The notes beneath the pieces are model-generated. The model searched no databases. It saw only the letters and a program-made list of their open reading frames with translations, and was not told where the DNA came from. From positions 494-64,493 of the forward strand of contig JADGBX010000004.1 of the NCBI GenBank assembly GCA_015231265.1: DNA of 64,000 nucleotides, in the 5' to 3' direction. This DNA comes from Magnetococcales bacterium (GTDB lineage: Bacteria; Pseudomonadota; Magnetococcia; Magnetococcales; JADGBX01). Positions 41,840 through 51,380 of this stretch are shown here, one piece after another. Each line of letters opens with the position of its first letter. Position 1 is the first letter of the stretch. Position numbers and translations under genes: made by a program.

Positions 41840-42836
41840 TATTTGCCTGTTGAGAGGAGGAAACAGCCACATCAGACGACGACAGAAACTGCTGGAGTTT
41901 CGGAATCAGAGCTTCAGGAAGCACTCCGAACAACCCGAAAAGTCGACCCTGGGCGTGGTGGTAGTGCCACACACCTTCAAAGGGGTCATCTACCCGAGTC
42001 AAACCAAGAGATCCTAAACGTCTCTCACCATAGGAGATCTGCTCAGCATCGTGGAACGCTCTTAAGGACTCAACAACCCGAGCAATCTCCTGGTCACTGG
42101 AGAGCATGATGAAGGCGGTCACTACACCTCCATCTGCAACATGGTAGGATCGCTCAAGAACAGAATCCATAAAATCAATGCCATGGAAGTCTTCTTTAAT
42201 GTATTTAGTTGACTGAACTACTCCAAGATCTGGAAAACGAAGAGATATCTCCTTGTCATCACTCCCTTTCGGAACCAAGTCAGCCAGAAACTCTCCTATA
42301 GAAATAAGATCAAGATTATCTCGAAAACCAGTCACTTTAAAAAAGAAACGTGATTGGAAGAAGGCCAAATTCCGTTCTCCCCCAAACCCCATATCCCCCA
42401 CATCAACCGCCTTGAGTGACCCACCACCCTCATCCATAAGAATGCCGAACGCATGGAGAGGCTTGCCCATGTCGAAGAGATCAACTACCAAATCAGGCTG
42501 TTCAACTTCACCATCAGCACCGTTAGCATTTGATTCAATGCGATATTCACTCACAGCAAGGGCTTTAAACCCTGCAGAAATATAGTGTTCCGCATGACCG
42601 TTGATATACTCGTAGAGAGTGTCCGTGGAGTAATAACGCACTTTTCCAAGACGGGAAAAGCGAGGGATCTTGGACGGTGTCAACGTTTGGGAGATGGGAT
42701 CGGAACGGCGCATCTCAACCGGTAGACGCAGCCGTTCCGACTCTTGACGCAATCCATCAAGATAAATCGCCAACCCAATGATTGGCAATAGAAAAATAAG
42801 ACCTACTCTGACCGAAACAGGAGCCTCAGCCCGCAT
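41751..42836 (-). CDS. Membrane-anchored periplasmic protein, DUF6599-like
   Basis: N-terminal TM; LYEYINGHAEHY...GF...FDMGKP..AFG. Confidence 0.65.
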   Translation of the reverse strand: MRAEAPVSVRVGLIFLLPIIGLAIYLDGLRQESERLRLPVEMRRSDPISQTLTPSKIPRFSRLGKVRYYSTDTLYEYINGHAEHYISAGFKALAVSEYRIESNANGADGEVEQPDLVVDLFDMGKPLHAFGILMDEGGGSLKAVDVGDMGFGGERNLAFFQSRFFFKVTGFRDNLDLISIGEFLADLVPKGSDDKEISLRFPDLGVVQSTKYIKEDFHGIDFMDSVLERSYHVADGGVVTAFIMLSSDQEIARVVESLRAFHDAEQISYGERRLGSLGLTRVDDPFEGVWHYHHAQGRLFGLFGVLPEALIPKLQQFLSSSDVAVSSSQQANNGTHEQDENNNPIQPEETSPQEENGSQPY

Positions 42837-42848
42837 GGAGCATCCTCA

Positions 42849-44066
42849 TCAAACAGAGAAAGAGAGATCTCGATGCGCCGCTTGCAACTTCGCCGCCAAA
42901 GGCAAACCATGTTCACAGCTTCCCGAACATACGGCGCTCTGGCAGGAGAGACACACCTCTGCCTGACCCTTTCTATCCAGTGCGGCATAGGAACGCATGG
43001 CGTGCTTCTCATCGCCATAATCCTGGAAATACATCTGATAACGCAGGATGGATGCGATAGAGACGCCCTCGGGACAGGATGATTCACAGTCACCACAGCC
43101 GGTTCGGCAGTACTCATTACCGAATCTGGCAGCATAGTGATCCAGAACACGCTGGTCGGAAGCAGTAAACCGCTCCCCCGAAGCGGCCAGGTAGAGGTCC
43201 AGATCTCTAACAGTCTTGATGGAGATCACCAATCCCGCAACTTCTTGATGTTGCAAAACCCATTTAAATGCAGCATGTTCAAACGTGCCTTCGCCACTGA
43301 TGCCGCCATCTTTTGCACCAGCCAGCGTTTTCATCGCCACCACGCCAACACCGCGCTGATGGGCCTCCTTCAGAACATCCGGAACTCTGGGAAATTTCAT
43401 GAAGTTGAATGCCGGCATGATGACATCAAACTTGCCAGAACGAACAGCGTCCAACATCAGGGTCTCCATGTTGTGGGGACCATGAGACGACACTGCCAGA
43501 TATTTGATTTTACCAGCTTCTTTTAGCCTCTCCGTCGCTTCGAGCATATCTGGGTCGAGAAGACGATCCCGCTCATGTTCATAGTCGGGCTTCTCGCCGA
43601 TTGCATGGACAAAGACAATATCCAGATAGTCGGTTCCCATCCGTTTGAGGCTGTTCTCAACGGCAGAAATATACTCGTCCACTCCGCTACCTACCTGGAG
43701 GTGGCTCTTTCCGGATTGATAGGAAATGGGATGACAATATTTTGAAGCGATAACAATTTTATCACGTTGACCATGTCGCTTCAGAGCTTCACCGATGTGA
43801 TCCTCACTAGGACCATAATCGGGAGCTGTATCGAAATAATTGATACCGCGCTGAATAGCGCGTAACACCATTGAAGCAGACGGTAATCTCCCAGCCCCGT
43901 AGGAGATGTCACTCATCTTGATATCCGTGGAGCCGAGGCGGTTGTAGCTGCGTACCTTGGCGCGATGCGTCGCCGCTTCCACAGGCGATACCATCGTTGT
44001 TGCCGTCGTAGCAGCTGTTGCCGCTGTGACCATGGCGGTTGACTTGAGAAACTCTCTCCTCTTCAT
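42849..44066 (-). CDS. Tat-exported aldo/keto reductase with C-terminal 4Fe-4S dicluster
   Basis: MKRREFLK..VEA signal; GINYFDTAPDYG, ASK, FVH catalytic residues; AMKTLAG; YCRTGCGDCESSCP..CLSC..C..C. Confidence 0.9.
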   Translation of the reverse strand: MKRREFLKSTAMVTAATAATTATTMVSPVEAATHRAKVRSYNRLGSTDIKMSDISYGAGRLPSASMVLRAIQRGINYFDTAPDYGPSEDHIGEALKRHGQRDKIVIASKYCHPISYQSGKSHLQVGSGVDEYISAVENSLKRMGTDYLDIVFVHAIGEKPDYEHERDRLLDPDMLEATERLKEAGKIKYLAVSSHGPHNMETLMLDAVRSGKFDVIMPAFNFMKFPRVPDVLKEAHQRGVGVVAMKTLAGAKDGGISGEGTFEHAAFKWVLQHQEVAGLVISIKTVRDLDLYLAASGERFTASDQRVLDHYAARFGNEYCRTGCGDCESSCPEGVSIASILRYQMYFQDYGDEKHAMRSYAALDRKGQAEVCLSCQSAVCSGSCEHGLPLAAKLQAAHRDLSFSV

Positions 44067-44598
44067 GCGCTTTCCTCACGATGTAGGGAAATGAACACTA
44101 TTGCCGACTTCTCCAACGAATTCTATCACTCTTTTCTGCATGTTTCATTTTTTCCATAGGCAAGAGTCACAACCACCAACTCAGAGGTGTTATCTACTGA
44201 TGTGAATCCCACTTCCAAGTCATTATCAGTTTGTTCCATATGATCAAAAAAGAAGAACAATTCCATTGCCATCACCTCATAGAATCGCCATAATGTCGGC
44301 CTCACAATTAAAAACCATCCTATACGAACTCCTGTCTTTTCGGTTCACTGTTGCTGATGGTCATGAGTTTCCTACCATGCGTCGAGACATGGATGACAAC
44401 AAGACTTTATTCGAAGTAACTGACTGATTTTCTGTGAGGTATTACCCAGCATTTTCAGGCTGTCCACCCTCCATTGAGGGGTGATGACAATAAAAGGGGA
44501 ATTGGAACACGCAATCTGGAACTGACTCAGAACCACACAATAGTGTTTGACATGCCTTTTTGTTGAGTCGGCAGCCATACCCTGTTCCTAATCTTAAA

Positions 44599-45507
44599 AT
44601 GAAAACACAACCAATGAATGCTCACCTCCCTGACCCTGAAGAGGTAAGGGAGCTGCTATTTGTTCTTGAAAAGGCCCTCAGCGACCATAATACATGGATG
44701 ATGAATTGGCATCGCGCCATCATCTGCAACCAAAGTGTTGAAGAGGCGCATCTTGATCATAAAGCACACAGAAAATGCAACTTCGGAATATGGTACTACA
44801 ACTCAAACCACCCCATCCTGAGCAACCATCAATCTTTTCTTAATATTCGCACCATCCACAGAACCCTCCATGAAATGGGGCGAGAGCTTCTGATTAAATC
44901 CGGCAAAGGTCTGGAGATCATGCCCGGTGAATACGATACGTTTCTCGAAATTCGTACTCAGTTTCGAGCTGAGATTCGTGTTCTGGAAAAAACTCTGAAT
45001 GATCTCATTGCCAGCACAGATCCACTCACCCGCGTCTTCAACCGCTCACAGATGAAGAGCATGATTGAACACCACCATACGATGTTGAAGGAGACCGGTC
45101 ACGTCTGCTCCATTGCCATGGTGGATCTTGACCATTTCAAATCCATTAACGATACGTATGGCCACAAGACCGGGGATGATGTTCTACAGTTTGCTTCTGG
45201 CTTCATTGCTCGCAATCTTAGACCTTCCGACCTCATTTTCAGATATGGCGGTGAAGAGTTTCTCGTCTGTCTGCCAAAAACGACAACGCAAACAGCCTTT
45301 CATGTCCTGGAACGCATTCGCTGCCAACTCTCTCAACAGACGATCAACAGCACGGATGATCAGGTACTGAAGGTAACCTGTTCTGTTGGCATCTCACAGC
45401 TTCAAACCAATCTTTCACTGGAAGAAGCCCAGAAGCAGGCAGATACAGCCGTTTACGATGCCAAACAGAGTGGTCGAAACAGAATCTGCGTCTTTGAAGA
45501 AAACTGA
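44599..45507 (+). CDS. Diguanylate cyclase with N-terminal CZB zinc-binding domain (DgcZ-like)
   Basis: H..W, HRKCNFGIWYY, IHRTLH (CZB); DPLT, DLDHFKSINDTYGH, RPSD I-site, RYGGEEF. Confidence 0.92.
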   Translation: MKTQPMNAHLPDPEEVRELLFVLEKALSDHNTWMMNWHRAIICNQSVEEAHLDHKAHRKCNFGIWYYNSNHPILSNHQSFLNIRTIHRTLHEMGRELLIKSGKGLEIMPGEYDTFLEIRTQFRAEIRVLEKTLNDLIASTDPLTRVFNRSQMKSMIEHHHTMLKETGHVCSIAMVDLDHFKSINDTYGHKTGDDVLQFASGFIARNLRPSDLIFRYGGEEFLVCLPKTTTQTAFHVLERIRCQLSQQTINSTDDQVLKVTCSVGISQLQTNLSLEEAQKQADTAVYDAKQSGRNRICVFEEN

Positions 45508-45726
45508 TCACACCTGAAATCGCTTTTCAAGCCTATAGCCTTACCCATGAATTCTTCTTTTTTAGAAAAACAATCAAATAATTACAAACAATCTCAACTC
45601 TACTACACCCTTTCAGGACACGTTGGAAAGATCTTTGGATATCTTACGGAGCATGATATTCTTTTGGATTATAATGTGTTTCTGATCCGCAGATTCACTT
45701 GACCATTCCTTTTAGATCAAGGCGCC

Positions 45727-46533
45727 ATGTCGTCACAGTTACCTTCTCATTCAACCAACAATGATGTTGAATATGCTCTAGCTGTTTTACGGCCTGAAGA
45801 GAGTCGGGCATTGATCGGGATGGCCGTCGCTCGCCTTCCACAGGTTCGTGATCACCTCTCTGCAGGTCGAATGATCATTGTCGGTGGATCAACCACACGT
45901 CATGTTGTTCGCAACTTGCTTCAAGAGGATCCTGGATACGAAGCGTTCGCTGTGGGCTGCATCCAAGACGGTCTCCTTAACGAAACCCCCAAAGAGACGC
46001 GCGGAGAAGGGCCCTATATCTTTGAAGAAGGTACACATTCCAGAGGATGGCCTGGTCCGGCGCTTGACCGATTTGAGTACGGTGATCTCTACATCAAAGG
46101 CGGCAACGCAATCGATCCGGAAGGCAATGTAGCCATTCTCATGGGATCCCCGGTTGGCGGAACGATCGGAGCGGCCTGGACGATCCTGTCGGCAAGAGGC
46201 GGTGAACTGATCATTCCTATCAGTATTGGGAAGCTGGTTCCTTCAGCAATTGATTGCTGTCGGCTCCTTGGCCAGGGTAAACACACGAGAATCATGGGCA
46301 CCCCTGTCGGTGCCATGCCTATCCCGGCCGGAATGGCGACGGTGGTAACGGAAATAACAGCATTCCAATCACTGTTCGGAGTCCACGCAACCGTTGTGGC
46401 TGCAGGTGGCATGCATGACTGTGCGGGTTCACTCACCCTTCATCTCGAGTCGTCCTCCAATCGAATAGAAAACGCTTGGAATGCCCTCATCTCCATTAGA
46501 GAAGAGGTCTCCTCTTTGCAAGAGAGCGGATGA
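45727..46533 (+). CDS. Conserved hypothetical protein (possible RpiA/CoA-transferase-like fold)
   Basis: L.P.ES..LI..AV, GGSTT, YIKGGNAIDPEG..A..MGSP.GGT.G, IIPISIGKL. Confidence 0.55.
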   Translation: MSSQLPSHSTNNDVEYALAVLRPEESRALIGMAVARLPQVRDHLSAGRMIIVGGSTTRHVVRNLLQEDPGYEAFAVGCIQDGLLNETPKETRGEGPYIFEEGTHSRGWPGPALDRFEYGDLYIKGGNAIDPEGNVAILMGSPVGGTIGAAWTILSARGGELIIPISIGKLVPSAIDCCRLLGQGKHTRIMGTPVGAMPIPAGMATVVTEITAFQSLFGVHATVVAAGGMHDCAGSLTLHLESSSNRIENAWNALISIREEVSSLQESG

Positions 46534-46689
46534 GGATTATTGTGTAGAGTGTTGTAACGATACAGGCAACAGGGCAGAGCTTCATTTCAATCAGTGTTCA
46601 ACCACTGGTGTGGTGTTGAACGTTTGTTTTTATGATGGTTTCTTCTCCGTCCGGATAGAGACGGAATAACGCTTTGGGAGGCGTTCGTA

Positions 46690-47646
46690 ATGGATAATAT
46701 GATGGAGGAGATTGCACAACGGGCCAATCTGGCTTTTAGCAACCAGATGGAGATGTTGACATTCTACCTGACGGATAATCAGCAGTATGGTGTCAATGTT
46801 TTCAAGATCATTGAGGTGATTGAAACACCGAAGGCGATCACGAAGATGCCCCATTCCCACCCTGCCGTTACCGGAGCCATCGACTTCAGAGACTCCATGG
46901 TGACCGCAATTGATCTCTCCGTCGGACTGGGAATGGAGCCAGTGGATGTCGCCAACGACATCAGCTACATCATCATCTGTGAATACAGTGGAACGACACA
47001 GGGTTTGTTAATCAAAAGCCCAAATAAGCTGATCAATAAAAGCTGGGAAGAGATCCAGAGTCCCGGGCAGATGCACAATGCCGGCTATCTTACGGCTCTC
47101 ACCTATGATGAGAACAGGGACTCGATCCAGATTCTGGACGTGGAGAGAATCTTAGGAGAGATCATCGGTGTTGAAGAGACCATCACCGAAGAGGTGATTG
47201 AAGCCAGCACAGCCGTCGATACCAGCGGCCATCGGATTCTCATGGTTGATGACTCTAAAGCAGCCCGCGCACTGCTCAAGAACGCCATGGATCAATTGAA
47301 CGTCAATTACATTCTTGCCGAAAGTGCCGTACGTGCTCTTGATATCATCAAAAAAGAGGTCCAGAAAGGGAACGATCGGCCCTTCTCGCTGATTATTTCC
47401 GATATTGAAATGCCTGCAATGGATGGCTTTACCTTTACCCGCAAAATGAAGGGGAAAGCCAAACTGAAAGATATTCCGATCATCCTCCACAGCTCCATGA
47501 GCAACCCCGCCAACAGGATCAAAGCCGAACAGGTGGGTGCTGATGATTTCGTCCCGAAGTTTCGCCCCGACGAGATTGCCAGTGCAGTATTGAATATCAT
47601 CGATGGTATCAATAAGCAGAAGCAGGGAGCTCAATCCAACGCTTGA
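46690..47646 (+). CDS. cheV: Chemotaxis protein CheV (CheW + receiver)
   Basis: YGVNVFKIIEVI CheW domain; VDDS, ISDIEMPAMDGF, HSS, FVPKF receiver. Confidence 0.93.
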   Translation: MDNMMEEIAQRANLAFSNQMEMLTFYLTDNQQYGVNVFKIIEVIETPKAITKMPHSHPAVTGAIDFRDSMVTAIDLSVGLGMEPVDVANDISYIIICEYSGTTQGLLIKSPNKLINKSWEEIQSPGQMHNAGYLTALTYDENRDSIQILDVERILGEIIGVEETITEEVIEASTAVDTSGHRILMVDDSKAARALLKNAMDQLNVNYILAESAVRALDIIKKEVQKGNDRPFSLIISDIEMPAMDGFTFTRKMKGKAKLKDIPIILHSSMSNPANRIKAEQVGADDFVPKFRPDEIASAVLNIIDGINKQKQGAQSNA

Positions 47647-47664
47647 TTCTGAAATGCTGCTCCC

Positions 47665-47705
47665 TTCCCTGTTGCAGAGCCGACCGTGAGCTTTGCAACG
47701 GGGAA
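47665..47705. terminator. Long hairpin just downstream of cheV (possible terminator, no U-tract)
   Basis: TTCCCTGTTGCAGAGC / GCTTTGCAACGGGGAA arms, pairing with G-U. Confidence 0.4.
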
Positions 47706-47943
47706 CACTACGCCTCTCTGATATCCCCCCATTACCTAACAATGATGATGATCACTCTCCCAACTGGACAAAGGATGGGGAAGCGCTGAGTGCTGCCTAA
47801 GAACGACGAGAAATAGCCAGAATATCTCATCCGGTTGCAGACACCCTGCTCTTCTCTTTCTACGAAACTCAGAGAGTTGATTCGAACAGGATAGAGACTC
47901 AAGCGAACACATCACACGAAAGCAACCATCCAGATAGCGTGAA

Positions 47944-48073
47944 AGTGCAGCTTGATCCATACAAGCACAGCATGGTCCGACAGTGGTGGTGAATCTTCTA
48001 GTGCAGCTTGATCCATACAGGCACAGTATGGTCCGACAGTGGTGGTGAATCTTCTCACGCAACTGTCGGACCA
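47944..48073. repeat. 56-bp tandem duplication (2 mismatches) followed by a 12-bp inverted copy of an internal motif
   Basis: Units 47944-47999 and 48000-48055; TGGTCCGACAGT (48029-48040) is complementary to ACTGTCGGACCA (48062-48073). Confidence 0.9.
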
Positions 48074-48125
48074 CCCTGAGTACGATTACTCCTGCTGATA
48101 ACGACCTACTGCACAGCAGACTGTA

Positions 48126-49472
48126 TCAATAGAGGACACATCGTCCGATTGATGTCTCTCGGCACTGCTTACCATTTGTCCAGCGCGCACCGATCAGAGA
48201 TGCTCCCTCGAACATGGTTCCCGTAATATCCGCCCCAACCAGATTAGCTCCTTCCAGATTGGCTTTTTTGAAATTCACGTTTACCAATCGGGCTCCTGAG
48301 AAGGACGCATTGCGAAGATCAGAGCGTTCCATATTGGTACCGGTGAGATCGGCATCTTCGAAGTTTGCCCCCTCCATTGAGGTTTCAGTCAGCGTTGCAC
48401 TTTTCATCACCCGATTCTTGAGGTTGATCTTCTCCAGAACACATCCTGGGCAAAAGAAGGGCTGATCCTGATTGCAGCTACCGGTTCCCTTCCCACAACG
48501 CTTGCCATTTGTCCAAATCGCAGCATCGAATTTAACCCTGTCCAGAATGGCACCTTCAAGATCTGCTCCTTTGAGATTGGCAGATGTAAGGTCGGCCCGT
48601 GTGAGGTTAGCGCCTCTTAACTTGGCTCCGGAAAGATCTGCACGACGCAGACTCGCTTTTACCAGACTCGCTTTTACCAGACTTGCTTTTACCATCCGAG
48701 CATCATCGGCATTGATCATGTTCATATTGGCACCGGTGAGATTGGTCAGAATCATCTCAGCACCAGAGATCCGCGCATTCTGCATATCGGCATCATGCAG
48801 ATCCGCACCGGTCAAAACCGCTCTGCTCATGTCAGCACCGGACATTTTGACATTGCGCATAGACGACGCCTTGAACGTTGCCGGAATGTCTCCAGGTGTC
48901 AGGTCATACCATTTACCAGTTGCCAGACCGAGCGCCCACGTGGCATCGACATCTTCCAGATTTGCTCCATCAAGATGCGCATTGGTAAAGTTTGCTCCAC
49001 GCAGAACTGCCCCTTTGAAATTAGCGGCCTTAGCATTGGAGTGCTTGAAGTTACCCTTGCGTATCGAGGCGTTGGTGAACGTGCTCTTCGTCAAAGAGGA
49101 TTTCTGAAAATCTGCCTGATCCAACATCGCATCATCAAAGCTGGCATTATCAATAGTGGAATCAGAAAGAATGGAGTAGGGCATCTGAGCGCCATCAAAT
49201 GTCGCCCCTTTCAACTGTCCTTTGGAGAGATCAATCATACGCATTTCAGCGCCGCTGAAATCCTCTCCACTGAAGTCACACCCCGTACATCTACGCTTCT
49301 CTCCTTGCGTTTTGATGGCATTCACCCGGTCCGAGCCATCCATCACAGCCAGATCGGGATCAACAGGGGGCACCGAACAGCCTGAAACGGCAGTGGTGAA
49401 GAGCAATCCAATTAATCCAGCAAAATATCTGCGATGGCCTTTAGATGATTCGGCCAAGAACTGTTTTTTCAT
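48126..49472 (-). CDS. Pentapeptide-repeat lipoprotein
   Basis: Lipobox AVSGC; long A(D/N)(L/F)xx repeats; two CxxC-capped modules ending WTNGKxC; start moved to MKKQF after a GGAGAGG RBS. Confidence 0.88.
   Translation of the reverse strand: MKKQFLAESSKGHRRYFAGLIGLLFTTAVSGCSVPPVDPDLAVMDGSDRVNAIKTQGEKRRCTGCDFSGEDFSGAEMRMIDLSKGQLKGATFDGAQMPYSILSDSTIDNASFDDAMLDQADFQKSSLTKSTFTNASIRKGNFKHSNAKAANFKGAVLRGANFTNAHLDGANLEDVDATWALGLATGKWYDLTPGDIPATFKASSMRNVKMSGADMSRAVLTGADLHDADMQNARISGAEMILTNLTGANMNMINADDARMVKASLVKASLVKASLRRADLSGAKLRGANLTRADLTSANLKGADLEGAILDRVKFDAAIWTNGKRCGKGTGSCNQDQPFFCPGCVLEKINLKNRVMKSATLTETSMEGANFEDADLTGTNMERSDLRNASFSGARLVNVNFKKANLEGANLVGADITGTMFEGASLIGARWTNGKQCRETSIGRCVLY
48648..48692. 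repeat. Three 15-bp tandem copies within the pentapeptide gene (VKASL x3)
   Basis: CAGACTCGCTTTTAC x2 plus CAGACTTGCTTTTAC. Confidence 0.9.
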
Positions 49473-49644
49473 GACGGATGATTCCCTCTCCGAGTCAAAC
49501 ATGATCGATGAACCTACATTGTAGGGTTGCAGGTGACTGGATGCCAAGTCGTTTTATCCCTCAGTCACACCAGCGAAGAGAAATGCTGATTATCAAGGGG
49601 AAAAAACCCATTTTCTTAACGATGGATACACACAAATCGACATT

Positions 49645-49989
49645 TCAGAAATGCCGTTCCAACTCTTCACAGGCGGTTCGAAGCGCAGAGTGTGCGTCAG
49701 AATCACAACACTCTTCATTATCTAGAAGGTGACGAACAGCGGTATAGAGCTCAAGAAATGCCCGTTCAACACACTTATCCGTATCCAATGCCTTGTCGAT
49801 TAGAGCAACATGACAGATACAGTCGTTCAACCTTCCAGGTCCGGCACCTCCATTCTCCATACGACAACGATCGGTATGATCACCCAAGCCGTGAGGAGTA
49901 TACAGAAGAGCCTTACGCATCAAGGCCATTCGTGCAGCTGAGAGTTTCACCTCTTCATGGATATTCTCATCCGTGACGTGATCCGACAT
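49645..49989 (-). CDS. Small Cys/His-containing hypothetical protein
   Basis: About 114-aa ORF with an AAGGTG RBS-like element upstream; HTDRC...CICH and ECC motifs. Confidence 0.55.
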   Translation of the reverse strand: MSDHVTDENIHEEVKLSAARMALMRKALLYTPHGLGDHTDRCRMENGGAGPGRLNDCICHVALIDKALDTDKCVERAFLELYTAVRHLLDNEECCDSDAHSALRTACEELERHF

Positions 49990-50573
49990 ACGCACTACAC
50001 CTTACTGTTCATGAATACGAAAGTCAGATTGCGCGGAAATCAATGAAGCTATTGCGAGAAATGTGCTGATAAGCGACTCCTGAAACAATAGGTGACATAT
50101 CCAGGTGTAACAAGGTTCCGTTCTGGTTAACACACCACAACAACAGCTTCAATACAGACCAATCTGAGTGTTTCATATGTTAATTAGCACTCAATTATGG
50201 AGTGAGAAAGCAAGCACCTCTAAACAGAATCCGTTGATGCTTCGTGAGATCAAATCCATACGTCGACCCCGATCACAGCGGTCTGAATCTGAGAATCAAT
50301 CTAGAGATTACGACACTTAATGATGCATAAATAAATTATATTAATGAGGCGTGTTTACAAACCTATTCAACGAAACGTATAGTATCGACATGTTGGGTGG
50401 CGAGAGTACTGAAAACGCCTCAACGGACTCGTCTGTTGCACGCGGTTTTTTGCACTCTTAATTGATTGTTCGTTTCGTTATCGTCTCGGATTTAATCGTC
50501 AAGCTGATCAACAACGTGAACTGGGAGGCCGTTTTTCGGCCCGTGCTCCAACTGTGCTGTTGTGGAGAGTCAC

Positions 50574-51089
50574 ATGTCCCGTCAACTCTTGATTCTACGC
50601 CATGCAAAATCGGCTTGGAACACTGGAGCCCCGACAGATTTCGATCGCCCCCTTGCCCCTCGTGGTCAAAAAGCAGCGCCGAAAATGGGATCCTGGCTGA
50701 AAAAGCAGGGCATTGTTCCCGATCATGTGGTGAGTTCTCCCGCACGTCGTGCCAAACAGACGGTTAAGTTGGCATGCAAGAAGCTCGGTTATCCAAAGAA
50801 GTCGATCCAATGGGAAGAGAGGATCTACGGAGCTGGTGTAGAAGATTTTCTCTCTGTCCTAGCCGAAACGCCGTCCACTGCAGAACGTGTAATGATCGTC
50901 GGCCATAATCCCGGATTGGAGTTTCTGTTTGCCCATTTGGTGGGAACAGAGACCTTCGAGGATCACTACGACGCCTTCATTATCAAGACAGCCACGTCCG
51001 TTCTGCTTCAAATGCCTGATGACTGGACCAATCTATCACGTGGGTGTGCCAAGTTTGTCTTCAGACAACACCCCAGAGAGCTTCCTTAG
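50574..51089 (+). CDS. sixA: Phosphohistidine phosphatase SixA
   Basis: LILRHAKSAW, DFDRPL..RG, SSPARRAKQT, VGHNPG. Confidence 0.9.
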   Translation: MSRQLLILRHAKSAWNTGAPTDFDRPLAPRGQKAAPKMGSWLKKQGIVPDHVVSSPARRAKQTVKLACKKLGYPKKSIQWEERIYGAGVEDFLSVLAETPSTAERVMIVGHNPGLEFLFAHLVGTETFEDHYDAFIIKTATSVLLQMPDDWTNLSRGCAKFVFRQHPRELP

Positions 51090-51380
51090 CATTATGGCAG
51101 CAATCTGATCGAAGTGAATAGGAGTAATGAGTTCTATATCAATTGTCAACGCCTCCAGAATCGCTGAACCAAGAGGCTGTGTTGACTCTATTTGGCTTCT
51201 CCCAAAGAAGGAGGGAGATTCCCAAATACTGAGATCTGTCTTCTTTCCGAATGCACTCTCCTTCATCTCTTGCTTTTGACTGATGTGGAAGAAGACACTT
51301 GATGGCGTGTAACACGTGTTGGGGTGGGGAACTCAGGTTCCCTACCCCATTTTTTTTGCTGTAAATCGATTTCAGGAGCC

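Noticed and set aside
47944-48055. Possible CRISPR array
   Set aside because: Two abutting 56-bp units with no unique spacer; a simple tandem duplication.
47736-48074. 112-aa minus-strand ORF across the tandem repeat
   Set aside because: No motif or RBS support; it overlaps a non-triplet (56-bp) duplication and is likely spurious.
50345-50362. GAGGCGTGTTTACAAA resembling an IS5/IS1031-type end
   Set aside because: I saw no partner inverted repeat or transposase; too short to support.
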